Part shown: positions 1 through 8,134 of the stretch, in pieces | How positions within the stretch are numbered: position 1 is the stretch's first letter | Layout: each line of letters starts with the position of its first letter | Assembly (NCBI GenBank): GCA_027021705.1 | Contig: JALUTT010000116.1 | Coordinates: forward strand, 1 to 29,958 | Origin: Anaerolineae bacterium | Lineage (GTDB): Bacteria > Chloroflexota > Anaerolineae > S140-20 | Direction of reading: 5' to 3' | DNA: 29,958 nucleotides | Translations under genes and position numbers: made by a program | The notes under the pieces: generated by a model | What the model was told of the DNA's origin: nothing | Databases searched by the model: none | What the model saw: only the letters and a program-made list of their open reading frames with translations

Positions 1-42
1 ATGGGGGGGCTCCCAAGAGGGCTTGTCCAGACCTTCGCACCG

Positions 43-78
43 CTTCGTGCTCTTTGAGCTCTTGGTGCCCTTCGTGTT
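43..78. repeat. Four tandem 9-mers (CTTNGWGNN), a solo copy of the right arm of the 131-bp array unit
   Basis: cttcgtgct-ctttgagct-cttggtgcc-cttcgtgtt resembles the array arm cttcgtgtc-ctttgagcc-ctttgtggc-cttggtgac. Confidence 0.7.
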
Positions 79-344
79 TCCCGCCGTGGTCGGGGCGGAC
101 GAGCTGTCAACGGATTGGGGAACGGATTGAACGGGTGGGGGACGACGGCTCAGTGTCTTCACTTCCCTCAGTGCTTCAGGGATTCTGGGGGCTTTTGAAC
201 CGAGCGTGACCGGAAGCTGTTGGGAGAGAGATGCAGAGGCGTTGCGCTTCTACCGCCTCCAACCCATTTTGGTCACACTCATTTGAGAACGGATTGAGCG
301 GATGGGAGAGGACGACTCCAAGAACGGTTTATCAGAATCCGTCT

Positions 345-441
345 ACCCTCCCGCAGGTCACCAGTCGAGGGCGCTTTCAGCCCCGATGGGCTATTTGAAG
401 CACGGTCTCGCGTCGGAAACGCGCCTAACCTGCGGGAGGGT
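345..441. repeat. 97-bp REP/REPIN-like element with 14-bp perfect terminal inverted repeats
   Basis: ACCCTCCCGCAGGT (345-358) / ACCTGCGGGAGGGT (428-441); a second copy of the same length lies at 15113-15209. Confidence 0.8.
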
Positions 442-461
442 GAACCGTTACCACCGAGAAA

Positions 462-1310
462 CTATCCCTTAACCCCCGTCGAGGCGACGCTCTGGATGAA
501 CCAGCGCTGGAAAGCCAGGAAGAGGAGCAGCACCGGCAGGCTGGTCATCGAAGCGAAGGCCATAATGTCCCCCCACTCCCGGGGCCACTGGCCGAAGAAG
601 GTCTGCATCCCCACCGTGAGGGGCCGGTACTCGAAGCCCCGGGTCACCATCAGAGGCCAGAGGAAGGCATCCCAGTACTCCTTGAACTGGAGGATCGCCA
701 CCGTGGCGAAGACGGGACGGGAAAGGGGCACGATGAGCTGCGAGTAGATGCGGAAATAGCTGGCGCCGTCCACCAGCGCCGCCTCGTCGAAGTCCTTGGG
801 GATCCCGATGAAGAACTGGTAGAACAGGAAGATGGAAAAGGGATGGGCGATAAAGGGGATGATCTGCACGTGGTAGCTGTCCAGCCAGCCGAAGCGGTTG
901 ACCTCTAGCAGCAGGGGCACGGCGATCCCCTCAAAGGGGATGATGATCAGGGCGATGATGAGGGAGAGGATGAAGCCCCGTCCCCGCCAGCGCAGCCGGG
1001 CTAGGGCGAAGGCGATGAGGCTGTTGACGAAGAGGCCCAGGAGGACGATGGAGGAGACGATGATGACCGAGTTCAGGAAGAAGCGCTGAAAGGGCATGCG
1101 GTGAAAGACGTCGAAGTAGTTCTGCAGCGAGGGGCGCGTCGGGATGAAGGCCCGGATCGTCCCCATCTCCCGCAGGAGCTGGAGCTCGTCGGCCTTCAGG
1201 GAGGAGACGATCATCACGACGAGGGGGGCGAGGAAGATCAGCGCGAAGAGGCCCAAGAGGATGTATCCCACCACCTTCCAGAGGCGCTGTCGTGTCCGGT
1301 ATCCTGGCAT
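462..1310 (-). CDS. Carbohydrate ABC transporter permease (MalG-like)
   Basis: Multiple TM segments; EAA loop (DEAALVDGAS); typical C-terminus FQRWFIQSVASTGVKG. Confidence 0.95.
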   Translation of the reverse strand: MPGYRTRQRLWKVVGYILLGLFALIFLAPLVVMIVSSLKADELQLLREMGTIRAFIPTRPSLQNYFDVFHRMPFQRFFLNSVIIVSSIVLLGLFVNSLIAFALARLRWRGRGFILSLIIALIIIPFEGIAVPLLLEVNRFGWLDSYHVQIIPFIAHPFSIFLFYQFFIGIPKDFDEAALVDGASYFRIYSQLIVPLSRPVFATVAILQFKEYWDAFLWPLMVTRGFEYRPLTVGMQTFFGQWPREWGDIMAFASMTSLPVLLLFLAFQRWFIQSVASTGVKG

Positions 1311-2215
1311 TATGCCACCTCCCGCTCTTCCACCAGCAGCCGGCGCTGGATCAGGGAGATCGTCAACACGATCAGGACGAAGATCACCGAGATGGCCGAG
1401 GCGTAGCCCACTTTGAGCTGCCGGTAGCCCATGTTGACCATGTGCAGGACCATCGTCTGGGTGGCGTCCAAGGGGCCGCCCTGGGTCATCACCTCCACCT
1501 GGGTGAAGAGCTTGAAGGCCAGGATGGTGGTGGTCACCAGGACGAAGATGTGGGTGTTGCGCAGGGCGGGCATGGTGATGTACCAGAACTGCTGCCCACG
1601 GCTGGCCCCATCAATGGAAGCCGCTTCGTAGAGGTCGAGGGGGATCTCCTGGAGGCCGGCCAGGTAGATGATCATCTGGAAGCCCACCCCCTGCCAGATG
1701 GAGAGGATGATGATGGCAGGAAAGGCCAGCTTGGGATCGTCCAGCCAGCGGTAGGGTCCCAACCGGCCCCCCGAGATCAGGCGCAACAGTTCGTTGATGA
1801 GCCCCCCCTCGGTACTGTAGAGGAAGGTCCAGACGACGGCCACGACGACCATCACAGTCACGGTGGGCAGGAAGTAGATGGCCCGAAAGGCGGCGACACC
1901 TCGCAGCTTCTGGTTGACCAGGAGGGCAAGGCCCAGGGCCAGACCGCTTTGCACGGGCACGACGACGAGGGCGAAGATGAAGTTGTGCAGGATGGCCTTG
2001 CGGAAGACCTCGTCATTCAGCAGCCGGACGAAGTTGCGCAGCCCGATGATCCGGGTGGGCAGCGGGCCGGGGATCAGCCGCTGGTCGGTGAAGGCCAGGC
2101 CAAAGGCCATCGCGAAGGGGATGATGAGGAAGAGGAGCAACAGAAGCAGTGCCGGCGCGGAAAAGGCCCAGGCGGTCAGCTCCTCCCGCCTTGTCCGGTT
2201 CAGGTTCAAGCGCAT
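1310..2215 (-). CDS. Carbohydrate ABC transporter permease (MalF-like)
   Basis: EAA motif LYEAASIDGAS; TM helices; 1-nt overlap with the downstream permease. Confidence 0.95.
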   Translation of the reverse strand: MRLNLNRTRREELTAWAFSAPALLLLLLFLIIPFAMAFGLAFTDQRLIPGPLPTRIIGLRNFVRLLNDEVFRKAILHNFIFALVVVPVQSGLALGLALLVNQKLRGVAAFRAIYFLPTVTVMVVVAVVWTFLYSTEGGLINELLRLISGGRLGPYRWLDDPKLAFPAIIILSIWQGVGFQMIIYLAGLQEIPLDLYEAASIDGASRGQQFWYITMPALRNTHIFVLVTTTILAFKLFTQVEVMTQGGPLDATQTMVLHMVNMGYRQLKVGYASAISVIFVLIVLTISLIQRRLLVEEREVA

Positions 2216-2291
2216 CCCTTTGCCTCCTTCCCGCGCTTGCCTCCGCGCACGCTTGGCCTCACGGGGAGACCGGTCGAGAACGGGGAAAAGC

Positions 2292-2325
2292 GCCCTGGGG
2301 GGCGCTGTTCCTGGCCCCCCAGGGC
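2292..2325 (-). terminator. GC-rich hairpin downstream of the solute-binding protein gene (partial terminator or mRNA stabiliser)
   Basis: GCCCTGGGGG...CCCCCAGGGC inverted repeat followed on the minus strand by GCTTTT. Confidence 0.45.
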
Positions 2326-2346
2326 AGTGGGGAAAGGCGCTCCCGC

Positions 2347-3705
2347 TTAGGGTCCAAAGGGCGGGTAGCCCTGGTTGTCTTCGATGTCCTGATCAATCTT
2401 CTGGGCCGCCTTGTCCAGTTCACCGCGCACATCTGCTCCGGCGATGATGTTGTCCACCGCCTCGGCGAAGGCGGCGGTGATGGTGGGATAGGCCGGATGC
2501 TGAGGGCGCGGCACAGCGATGGTCTCCAACTGCTGCACGAAGATGTTCAGGGGGCCGCCGGCACCGTAGAGGTCCGACTTCTCCAGCGCCGACTTGCGAG
2601 AGGGAACGGCCCCGTTGGCGTTGGTCATCTTGAGGATCTGATCGGGCTCCAGCAGGAAGGTGAGGAACTTCCAGGCTGCCTCGGCCTTCTCCGACGTGGC
2701 GGGGATACCCCAGCACCAGGAGCCCATGCCGGTGGCTGCCTTCTGGCCGAACTTGGGCATCGGCAGCAGGATCAGGTCGTCCCCCAGCCCCTCCTTGTGA
2801 GGGGTCCACATCCAGTGGCCGACGAAGGCGAGGGCAGCCTTCTTCTCCCCGTAGAACATCGCATCGCCGGCATCGGCGGGCACCACGTAGCCCTTGTTGA
2901 TCCAGTCCTGGAACATCGTCATCGCCTCGACGGCGGCGTCGCTGTTGAGCGTGCCGGTGCTCCGCCAGGTGGTGCGGTCAATGAGGTCGGCGCCCATAGA
3001 CTGCAGGATGGGCGAGAAGCCGTAGGTGAACCACTCCCCCCGACCGTAGTTGAGCTTCAGGTCCAGCGCCCACTCCACCTCGGGCAGGGCCTGCAGCTTG
3101 GCCAGGGCGTCCTCGAACTCCTCACGGGTCCAGGCATCCTCCACGCTGGTGGGGATGCGCACGCCGGCCTTCTCCAGGTAAGCCTTGTTACCCCAGATGG
3201 CCAGGCCGGAGTCGAAGGTGCCGATGCAGTAGAGCTTGCCATCGGGAGGGTAGGTGCCCTGGGCAATGATGGAGGGGAGCAGGTCATCGCGCAGGTCGGC
3301 GCTCAGGAAGTCGTCCAGAGGGCGCAGGTAGCCCGCCCAGGTGTAGTTGGCCATAAAGGGGCCGTCGAAGTCCAGCAGGTCGGGGAGGTCACCGGCCAGG
3401 GCGGCGGCGTTCACCTGGTCGTTGTAGCTGCCCTCGGGCAACTGCACCGCTTCCACCTTGACCTCGTCTTGCATCGTGTTGAATTCTTGGATCTGGGACT
3501 CCAGCACATCCCGCTCCTCCCCCCGGCCGGAGTGGAACCAGACCTTGATGGTCACCGGTTCGGCCTTCTTGGGGGGAGCGGTCGGTGCTTCGGTGGCCTT
3601 GGGGGCCGGCGCCTGGGTGGGGGTGGCCTTGCCACCACAGCCGGCCAGGACCAGCGCCAGCACCAGCAGGCCGAGGGTCAACGGGAGAAGAGATTTGCGA
3701 AACAT
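2347..3705 (-). CDS. Sugar ABC transporter substrate-binding lipoprotein
   Basis: Lipobox LAGC; Pro/Thr linker; family 1 SBP-like sequence (AGDLPDLL); AGGAGG RBS. Confidence 0.93.
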   Translation of the reverse strand: MFRKSLLPLTLGLLVLALVLAGCGGKATPTQAPAPKATEAPTAPPKKAEPVTIKVWFHSGRGEERDVLESQIQEFNTMQDEVKVEAVQLPEGSYNDQVNAAALAGDLPDLLDFDGPFMANYTWAGYLRPLDDFLSADLRDDLLPSIIAQGTYPPDGKLYCIGTFDSGLAIWGNKAYLEKAGVRIPTSVEDAWTREEFEDALAKLQALPEVEWALDLKLNYGRGEWFTYGFSPILQSMGADLIDRTTWRSTGTLNSDAAVEAMTMFQDWINKGYVVPADAGDAMFYGEKKAALAFVGHWMWTPHKEGLGDDLILLPMPKFGQKAATGMGSWCWGIPATSEKAEAAWKFLTFLLEPDQILKMTNANGAVPSRKSALEKSDLYGAGGPLNIFVQQLETIAVPRPQHPAYPTITAAFAEAVDNIIAGADVRGELDKAAQKIDQDIEDNQGYPPFGP

Positions 3706-3822
3706 GGCGTTCCTCCTTTGCGTGTCTTACAGGGGCGGACAGATCAACGGGCAACCTCAAGCAATGCAATGGACGTTCGGTCCTCACCTCCTTTCCGGGA
3801 TTTCCAGCGTCGGTCTTCGACC

Positions 3823-4833
3823 TCACGTTCGTGCTTCATCGTCGCGCTTGCCTTCGTCTTTCGGGGTGGACGGCGGGGGGACCTCCCTCCAGAGTTGACG
3901 GTAGAGGGCGCGTCGGTCGGGCAGGCGGTCCAGAGGGCCAAAGGTGCGCAGCTTCATCTCGGCGACGTGCTGACCGAACTCGCCCGCCCGGCGGGGGGGG
4001 AGACCGTCCAGGAGCCCCAGGATCAAACCGGCCCAGAAGGCGTCGCCGGCTCCGGTCACATCGGCCACGGGCACGTCGTGGGAAGGGATGGGCCATCGCT
4101 CCCCGCTCTGCAGGGCCACGAGCGCCCCTCGGTGGCCCATCGTCAGGGCCACCAGTCCGACCCCCCACTCCAGAAAGCGGTCTACACAGGCGTCGGGGGA
4201 GAGGCCGGGGCCGAAGAGGCGCCGGCAATCGTCCAGAGAGGGCTTGGTCAGGTCCACGAGGGTGCAGGCATGGCGGAGCACTTCCAACGCCTCACCGTCG
4301 GGGGCCCACAGGCGCGGGTGGTAGTTGGGGTCCAGGGAGGTCCAGCAAGCGTGCTCGCGGGCCTGCTGGAGGGCGTGCAGGACAGCCTCGCGGCTGGGCT
4401 CCTGGGAGAGGGCGAAGGCGGAGACGTGGACAACCCGGCTGCGGGCGATGGCCTCCACGGGAACCTGGGGCGGGGAGAGCCGGGTGTCGGCTCCCCGGAA
4501 GATGAGGAAGTCGGGCGTGGTCGCGTGGCGGGTGATGACGGAGAGGGTAGTAGGCACCCCGGCCACCAACCGAAGGTACTCGGTCACCACGCCGACGGCG
4601 TTCAGTTCGCGCCGGATAAAGCGCCCGAACCCATCATCGCCCACACAGCCTACCACCGCAGCCCGCCCGCCCAACAGGCTGACGTTGCGGGCGACGTTGG
4701 CCACCTGCCCTCCAACGAAGGCACGGAAGGACCGGGCCTCTTCCAGCGAAGCCACCATCCGCTCGGAGATGAGGTCCACCAGGACCTCGCCGATGGCTAG
4801 GAGGTCGTAATCAGCGGCCGAGGCCGGCGACAT
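3823..4833 (-). CDS. PfkB-family carbohydrate kinase
   Basis: GEVLVD, GGQVANVA, VGDDGFG and DVTGAGDAF signatures; start placed at ATG 4833, downstream of the operator (exact start uncertain). Confidence 0.9.
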   Translation of the reverse strand: MSPASAADYDLLAIGEVLVDLISERMVASLEEARSFRAFVGGQVANVARNVSLLGGRAAVVGCVGDDGFGRFIRRELNAVGVVTEYLRLVAGVPTTLSVITRHATTPDFLIFRGADTRLSPPQVPVEAIARSRVVHVSAFALSQEPSREAVLHALQQAREHACWTSLDPNYHPRLWAPDGEALEVLRHACTLVDLTKPSLDDCRRLFGPGLSPDACVDRFLEWGVGLVALTMGHRGALVALQSGERWPIPSHDVPVADVTGAGDAFWAGLILGLLDGLPPRRAGEFGQHVAEMKLRTFGPLDRLPDRRALYRQLWREVPPPSTPKDEGKRDDEART

Positions 4834-4898
4834 AGGGGGCCGGGAGGGCTGCGGGGATGAGATCCCTCCCCCGGTCTGAGCGGTTTCACCCCGAGGTA

Positions 4899-4912
4899 TG
4901 GAACCGGTTCCA
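4899..4912. promoter_or_regulatory. LacI-family operator (TGGAACCGGTTCCA)
   Basis: Perfect 14-bp palindrome upstream of pfkB; identical to 6024-6037. Confidence 0.8.
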
Positions 4913-4995
4913 GACCCGGCCAACAAAAAAGAGGTTCCTGAGTGCATACTGCCTCCCTTGGGGGCGACCGCCCGCCCCCGGCCCCTTCTGATCCC

Positions 4996-6003
4996 TCAGG
5001 CGGGCGGCGGTGCGGTGGTCGCCCGCACGACCAGTTCGATGGGCAGCCGGTCGCTGATGGGCTCCTCCAGTGGCCGCTCAATGATCCGCAGCAGTAGGTG
5101 CACCCCCCGCCACCCCGAGTCGAAGAGGGGCTGGCGGATGGTGGTCAGGTGGATGTACTCGGCGATCTCGATGTCATCGTAGCCAATGACCGAGAGGGCC
5201 TGGGGAACCGGCACCTCGCGCTCTTGAGCCGCTTCCAGCACGCCCAGGGCCTGAACATCGCTGGCCGCGACGATGGCAGTGGGCGGCTCGGACAGGCCGA
5301 GCAGGTAGTGGGCCATCTCCCGGGCCTCCGTCCGCCCGTGGTCGCCTGTGACCACGTACTCCGGTCGGAAGGGGATCCCCGCCTCCTCCAGGGCCTGCCG
5401 GTAACCCAGGTAGCGGTGATGGCTGGAGGTGAAGTTGAAGGGGTTGGGATAGCGATCGCCCAGGAAGGCGATCCGCCGGTGCCCTAACTCCAGCAGGTGG
5501 CAGGTTGCGATGTACCCGCCGTTCACATCGTCAATGACGACCCGAGGCAGGCGGGGGTGATGGGCATCCACCAGCACCGTGGGAACGCCGGCGCTCTGGA
5601 AGCGGGCGACATCGGCATCGGAGGGGGAGAGGGAGATGATGAGCAGGCCGTCAATCCGCTCGGGGCGGGGAATGGTGCGAAAGTAGGCATCCCGCTTGGC
5701 CACGCTCTCCACGTTGTAGACGATCAGGTCGTACTCGGTCTCGGCGATGGCGGCTTCAACTCCCCGCAGGCGCTCGACGAAGGAGGGGCGGGTGAAGAAG
5801 GGAACGATGACGGCCAGGCTCAGCGCCTTCCCCAGGGAGAGGCGACGGGCGAAGGGGTTGGGGACGTAGTTGAGGGCTTCCATCGCCTCCAGGACCCGCC
5901 GGCGGGTGGCCTCGCTGACCTGGGGGCTGTTGTTCAACACCCGTGAGACGGTTCCCACGCCCACCCCTGCCAGGCGGGCGACATCCCGGATTGTCGTGCC
6001 CAC
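4996..6003 (-). CDS. LacI-family transcriptional regulator
   Basis: N-terminal HTH TIRDVARLAGVGVGTVSRVLN; C-terminal sugar-binding domain (SVIGYDD, LTTIRQP). Confidence 0.97.
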   Translation of the reverse strand: MGTTIRDVARLAGVGVGTVSRVLNNSPQVSEATRRRVLEAMEALNYVPNPFARRLSLGKALSLAVIVPFFTRPSFVERLRGVEAAIAETEYDLIVYNVESVAKRDAYFRTIPRPERIDGLLIISLSPSDADVARFQSAGVPTVLVDAHHPRLPRVVIDDVNGGYIATCHLLELGHRRIAFLGDRYPNPFNFTSSHHRYLGYRQALEEAGIPFRPEYVVTGDHGRTEAREMAHYLLGLSEPPTAIVAASDVQALGVLEAAQEREVPVPQALSVIGYDDIEIAEYIHLTTIRQPLFDSGWRGVHLLLRIIERPLEEPISDRLPIELVVRATTAPPPA

Positions 6004-6023
6004 TGTTCCCCTTTCCGCTGGTT

Positions 6024-6037
6024 TGGAACCGGTTCCA
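6024..6037. promoter_or_regulatory. LacI-family operator (autoregulatory site)
   Basis: TGGAACCGGTTCCA immediately downstream of the lacI -10 box. Confidence 0.85.
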
Positions 6038-6065
6038 TTCTACCACAAAGGCTTGAGGATGTCAA
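6037..6065 (-). promoter_or_regulatory. Sigma70-type promoter for the lacI/sugar operon
   Basis: TTGACA (6065-6060), 17 bp, TAGAAT (6042-6037), with extended -10 TG. Confidence 0.8.
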
Positions 6066-6076
6066 GAGGGATTTTG

Positions 6077-6231
6077 CGGTGATTACCCACAAGTGAGCGA
6101 GAGAGTGGTCCGTAGCAGGCCGTCCACGAATTTCTCACAAATGCACGAATGAGGCGGTCCTTAATTCGTGTATTCGTGCCCCATTCGTGGACGGCTAGTC
6201 TCCCTATCTCCAAAGATATGGGTAATCACCG
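6077..6231. repeat. Nested inverted-repeat element (MITE/REP-like)
   Basis: Outer 13-bp IR CGGTGATTACCCA/TGGGTAATCACCG; inner 13-bp IR GCCGTCCACGAAT/ATTCGTGGACGGC (6119-6195) with extra CACGAAT/ATTCGTG copies. Confidence 0.75.
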
Positions 6232-6258
6232 GGGATTTTTCACAGAGGGGTCGCCCCC

Positions 6259-7434
6259 CTACCCCGCCAGACGGGAGGTCACGCTGACCTGGGTGACGAT
6301 CCCCCGCTGGGCCAGCTCCTGGAAGAAGGGCTCCGGCTCCAGGACGGCCTCGGGAGGATAGACGCCGGGCGGGATGCGCCCCTGGGCCAGCCAGATGGCG
6401 GTGCGGGCCGGCGCGACGCCGGTGGGCAGCGCCCCCTTGGTGGTAAGGGTCCCCAGCCGGTAGGTGACGGGCTGGCCGTCCTGCATCCCCCGCACCTCTG
6501 TGACGATCTCCTTGACCCAGTTGGGGGGATGGTTGGTGGGCGGGGCCAGGAAGTCGGTGATGGGGGGAACGTGCTTCGAGAGCAGCGCCACCAGCAGGTC
6601 CCGGGGCACAACCGGCCGCCCCTTCACCTCCACCGGCTCCCGGCCGGCGAAGCCGAACTCCACGAGGACGCGGACCTTCTCCACCGCCTGGGGAGCCATC
6701 CCCCAGTAGTTGATCTTGAAGGTGCACTCCCGCAGCCCCTTCTCGCGGAAGGTGAGGGGCAAGGTGGCAACCTCCGAGTGAAGGGAGAGGTGGACCGGTT
6801 GGATGCCGATGGGCGGGGTGAAGGGGTAGTCCTCGAACTCGCTGAGGGGTTCACAGGCGATGAACTCCCCATCCCGGTAGACCATCGGGGCTTGGGTCAG
6901 CTCGTCCACGATGGTAGCGACGGCGTAGGTGAAGCGGAGGTCGTCGGGCGGCGGCGGCTTGATGCCGTCGTAGATGCGGATGCTCTCGACGGTCTCCAGG
7001 CGGTCGGCGGCGTAACGGGCTTGAACGTTGGGAATGCCGGGGGCGGAGCCGACGCCCAGCACGGCGCTGAGGCCGGCTTCGACGAAGCGGTCGTGCAGGG
7101 TCAGTTGCCGGCGGGTGGTGTGGAAGAGACCGCCCAGATCGGTGTAGGGAACGCCGGCCTCCAGGCAAGCCTCCATCACGGCCAAGTTGGTGTAGTAGAC
7201 GGTGGCGTTGAGGCAGGCGTCGGCCCCCCGCAGCAGCCGGACCAGGGCCTCCCGGTCCCGCAGGTCCACCGGCTGCACGGTCACTTTGGGGCTGCGCAGG
7301 TAGTCGGCCACGACGCGGGCTTGGGCCTCGTTGACATCGGCGATGACCACTTCGTCGGGGCGGGGGTCCTGGACCAGGTCTTGCACCGCAATGCAGCCCA
7401 TCTTCCCTGCGCCGCCGAGAACGATGATCTTCAT
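6259..7434 (-). CDS. Saccharopine dehydrogenase / carboxynorspermidine dehydrogenase-like NAD(P)-dependent oxidoreductase
   Basis: MKIIVLGGAGKMG Rossmann motif; YTDLGG, GSAPG, HSEVATLP and GVYPPE family motifs; RBS GAAGGAGAGG before ATG 7434. Confidence 0.88.
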   Translation of the reverse strand: MKIIVLGGAGKMGCIAVQDLVQDPRPDEVVIADVNEAQARVVADYLRSPKVTVQPVDLRDREALVRLLRGADACLNATVYYTNLAVMEACLEAGVPYTDLGGLFHTTRRQLTLHDRFVEAGLSAVLGVGSAPGIPNVQARYAADRLETVESIRIYDGIKPPPPDDLRFTYAVATIVDELTQAPMVYRDGEFIACEPLSEFEDYPFTPPIGIQPVHLSLHSEVATLPLTFREKGLRECTFKINYWGMAPQAVEKVRVLVEFGFAGREPVEVKGRPVVPRDLLVALLSKHVPPITDFLAPPTNHPPNWVKEIVTEVRGMQDGQPVTYRLGTLTTKGALPTGVAPARTAIWLAQGRIPPGVYPPEAVLEPEPFFQELAQRGIVTQVSVTSRLAG

Positions 7435-7455
7435 CGTGCCTCTCCTTCCGTAATG

Positions 7456-7464
7456 TGGTATAAT
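7456..7464 (+). promoter_or_regulatory. Extended -10 promoter for the TA pair
   Basis: TG-G-TATAAT 45 nt upstream of the antitoxin ATG. Confidence 0.6.
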
Positions 7465-7509
7465 AGGCTGGAAACGTTCCCGCAAAATGCAGGGGAGAGG
7501 AGACGAGAG

Positions 7510-7749
7510 ATGAACACAACACTCCTTCACGAGCTGGATCAGATCCGTGAAGACCTCCGAGTCCTCCAGACCTATGTGGAAGCCTTGGAAACCAGGGTGG
7601 AGACACTGCTCTCCTGGGCGCAGAGGGAAGCAGCAGCCGACGGCCGCCCGACCAAGCTCACCGACTTGCGGGGGCTTTGGAAAGGCGCAGATTTTGACTA
7701 CGAGACCATCAAGGCCTCTGAATACGCCATCCCCAATGAGACGCTATGA
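7510..7749 (+). CDS. Putative antitoxin (79 aa, coiled-coil N-terminus)
   Basis: MNTTLLHELDQ...LRGLWKG (motif typical of PIN-associated antitoxins); ATGA overlap with the PIN gene; purine-rich RBS. Confidence 0.75.
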   Translation: MNTTLLHELDQIREDLRVLQTYVEALETRVETLLSWAQREAAADGRPTKLTDLRGLWKGADFDYETIKASEYAIPNETL

Positions 7750-8129
7750 AGGTTTATGTGGTAGACACCCACGCATTGGTTTGGTATTTGAGCGATGATC
7801 CACGGTTGGGAGCTCGCGCCAAGGCCATATTCGAGGACGAAAGCGCCCACCTGATCATTCCTGCCATCGTGCTGGCCGAGATCAAGTACCTAGGCCACCG
7901 AGGACGCTTTGCCCAGACTTTGGACGAGGTCGTGCGCGTGCTGAGCACCGATCCACGCTGTACCATCTATCCCGTTGATCTGAGCGTGGTGAGCAAGGCC
8001 CCCCTCGGCCTAGACATCCACGATAGCCTGATCGTGGGTACGGCACTGGTCCAGCGCGATCCCGTAGCAGGAGTACTGACCCGGGATGAAGCAATCGCCT
8101 CCTCAGGCCTTGTTCCCATCACCTGGTGA
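7746..8129 (+). CDS. PIN-domain (VapC-like) toxin
   Basis: VVDTHALVW, E (LAEI), HDSLI and LTRD acidic PIN residues. Confidence 0.9.
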   Translation: MKVYVVDTHALVWYLSDDPRLGARAKAIFEDESAHLIIPAIVLAEIKYLGHRGRFAQTLDEVVRVLSTDPRCTIYPVDLSVVSKAPLGLDIHDSLIVGTALVQRDPVAGVLTRDEAIASSGLVPITW

Positions 8130-8134
8130 AGCCC

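Noticed and set aside
2149..4800. Long plus-strand ORFs (883 aa here; also 8477-10135, 15140-16960, 20039-22456 and others)
   Set aside because: Antisense shadows of high-GC minus-strand genes, with no recognisable domains.
4834..4947. N-terminal extensions given by the ORF track for pfkB (and similarly for the ORFs starting at 7530, 16432, 17928, 20024, 23818, 25110, 25805, 27871 and 27772)
   Set aside because: The extensions run through operators, promoters, repeats or neighbouring genes; downstream starts have better RBS and/or domain boundaries.
7469..7481. TGGAAACGTTCCC as a third operator for the sugar LacI
   Set aside because: It differs in core and length from the perfect 14-mer and sits in the TA promoter, so TA autoregulation or chance is more likely.
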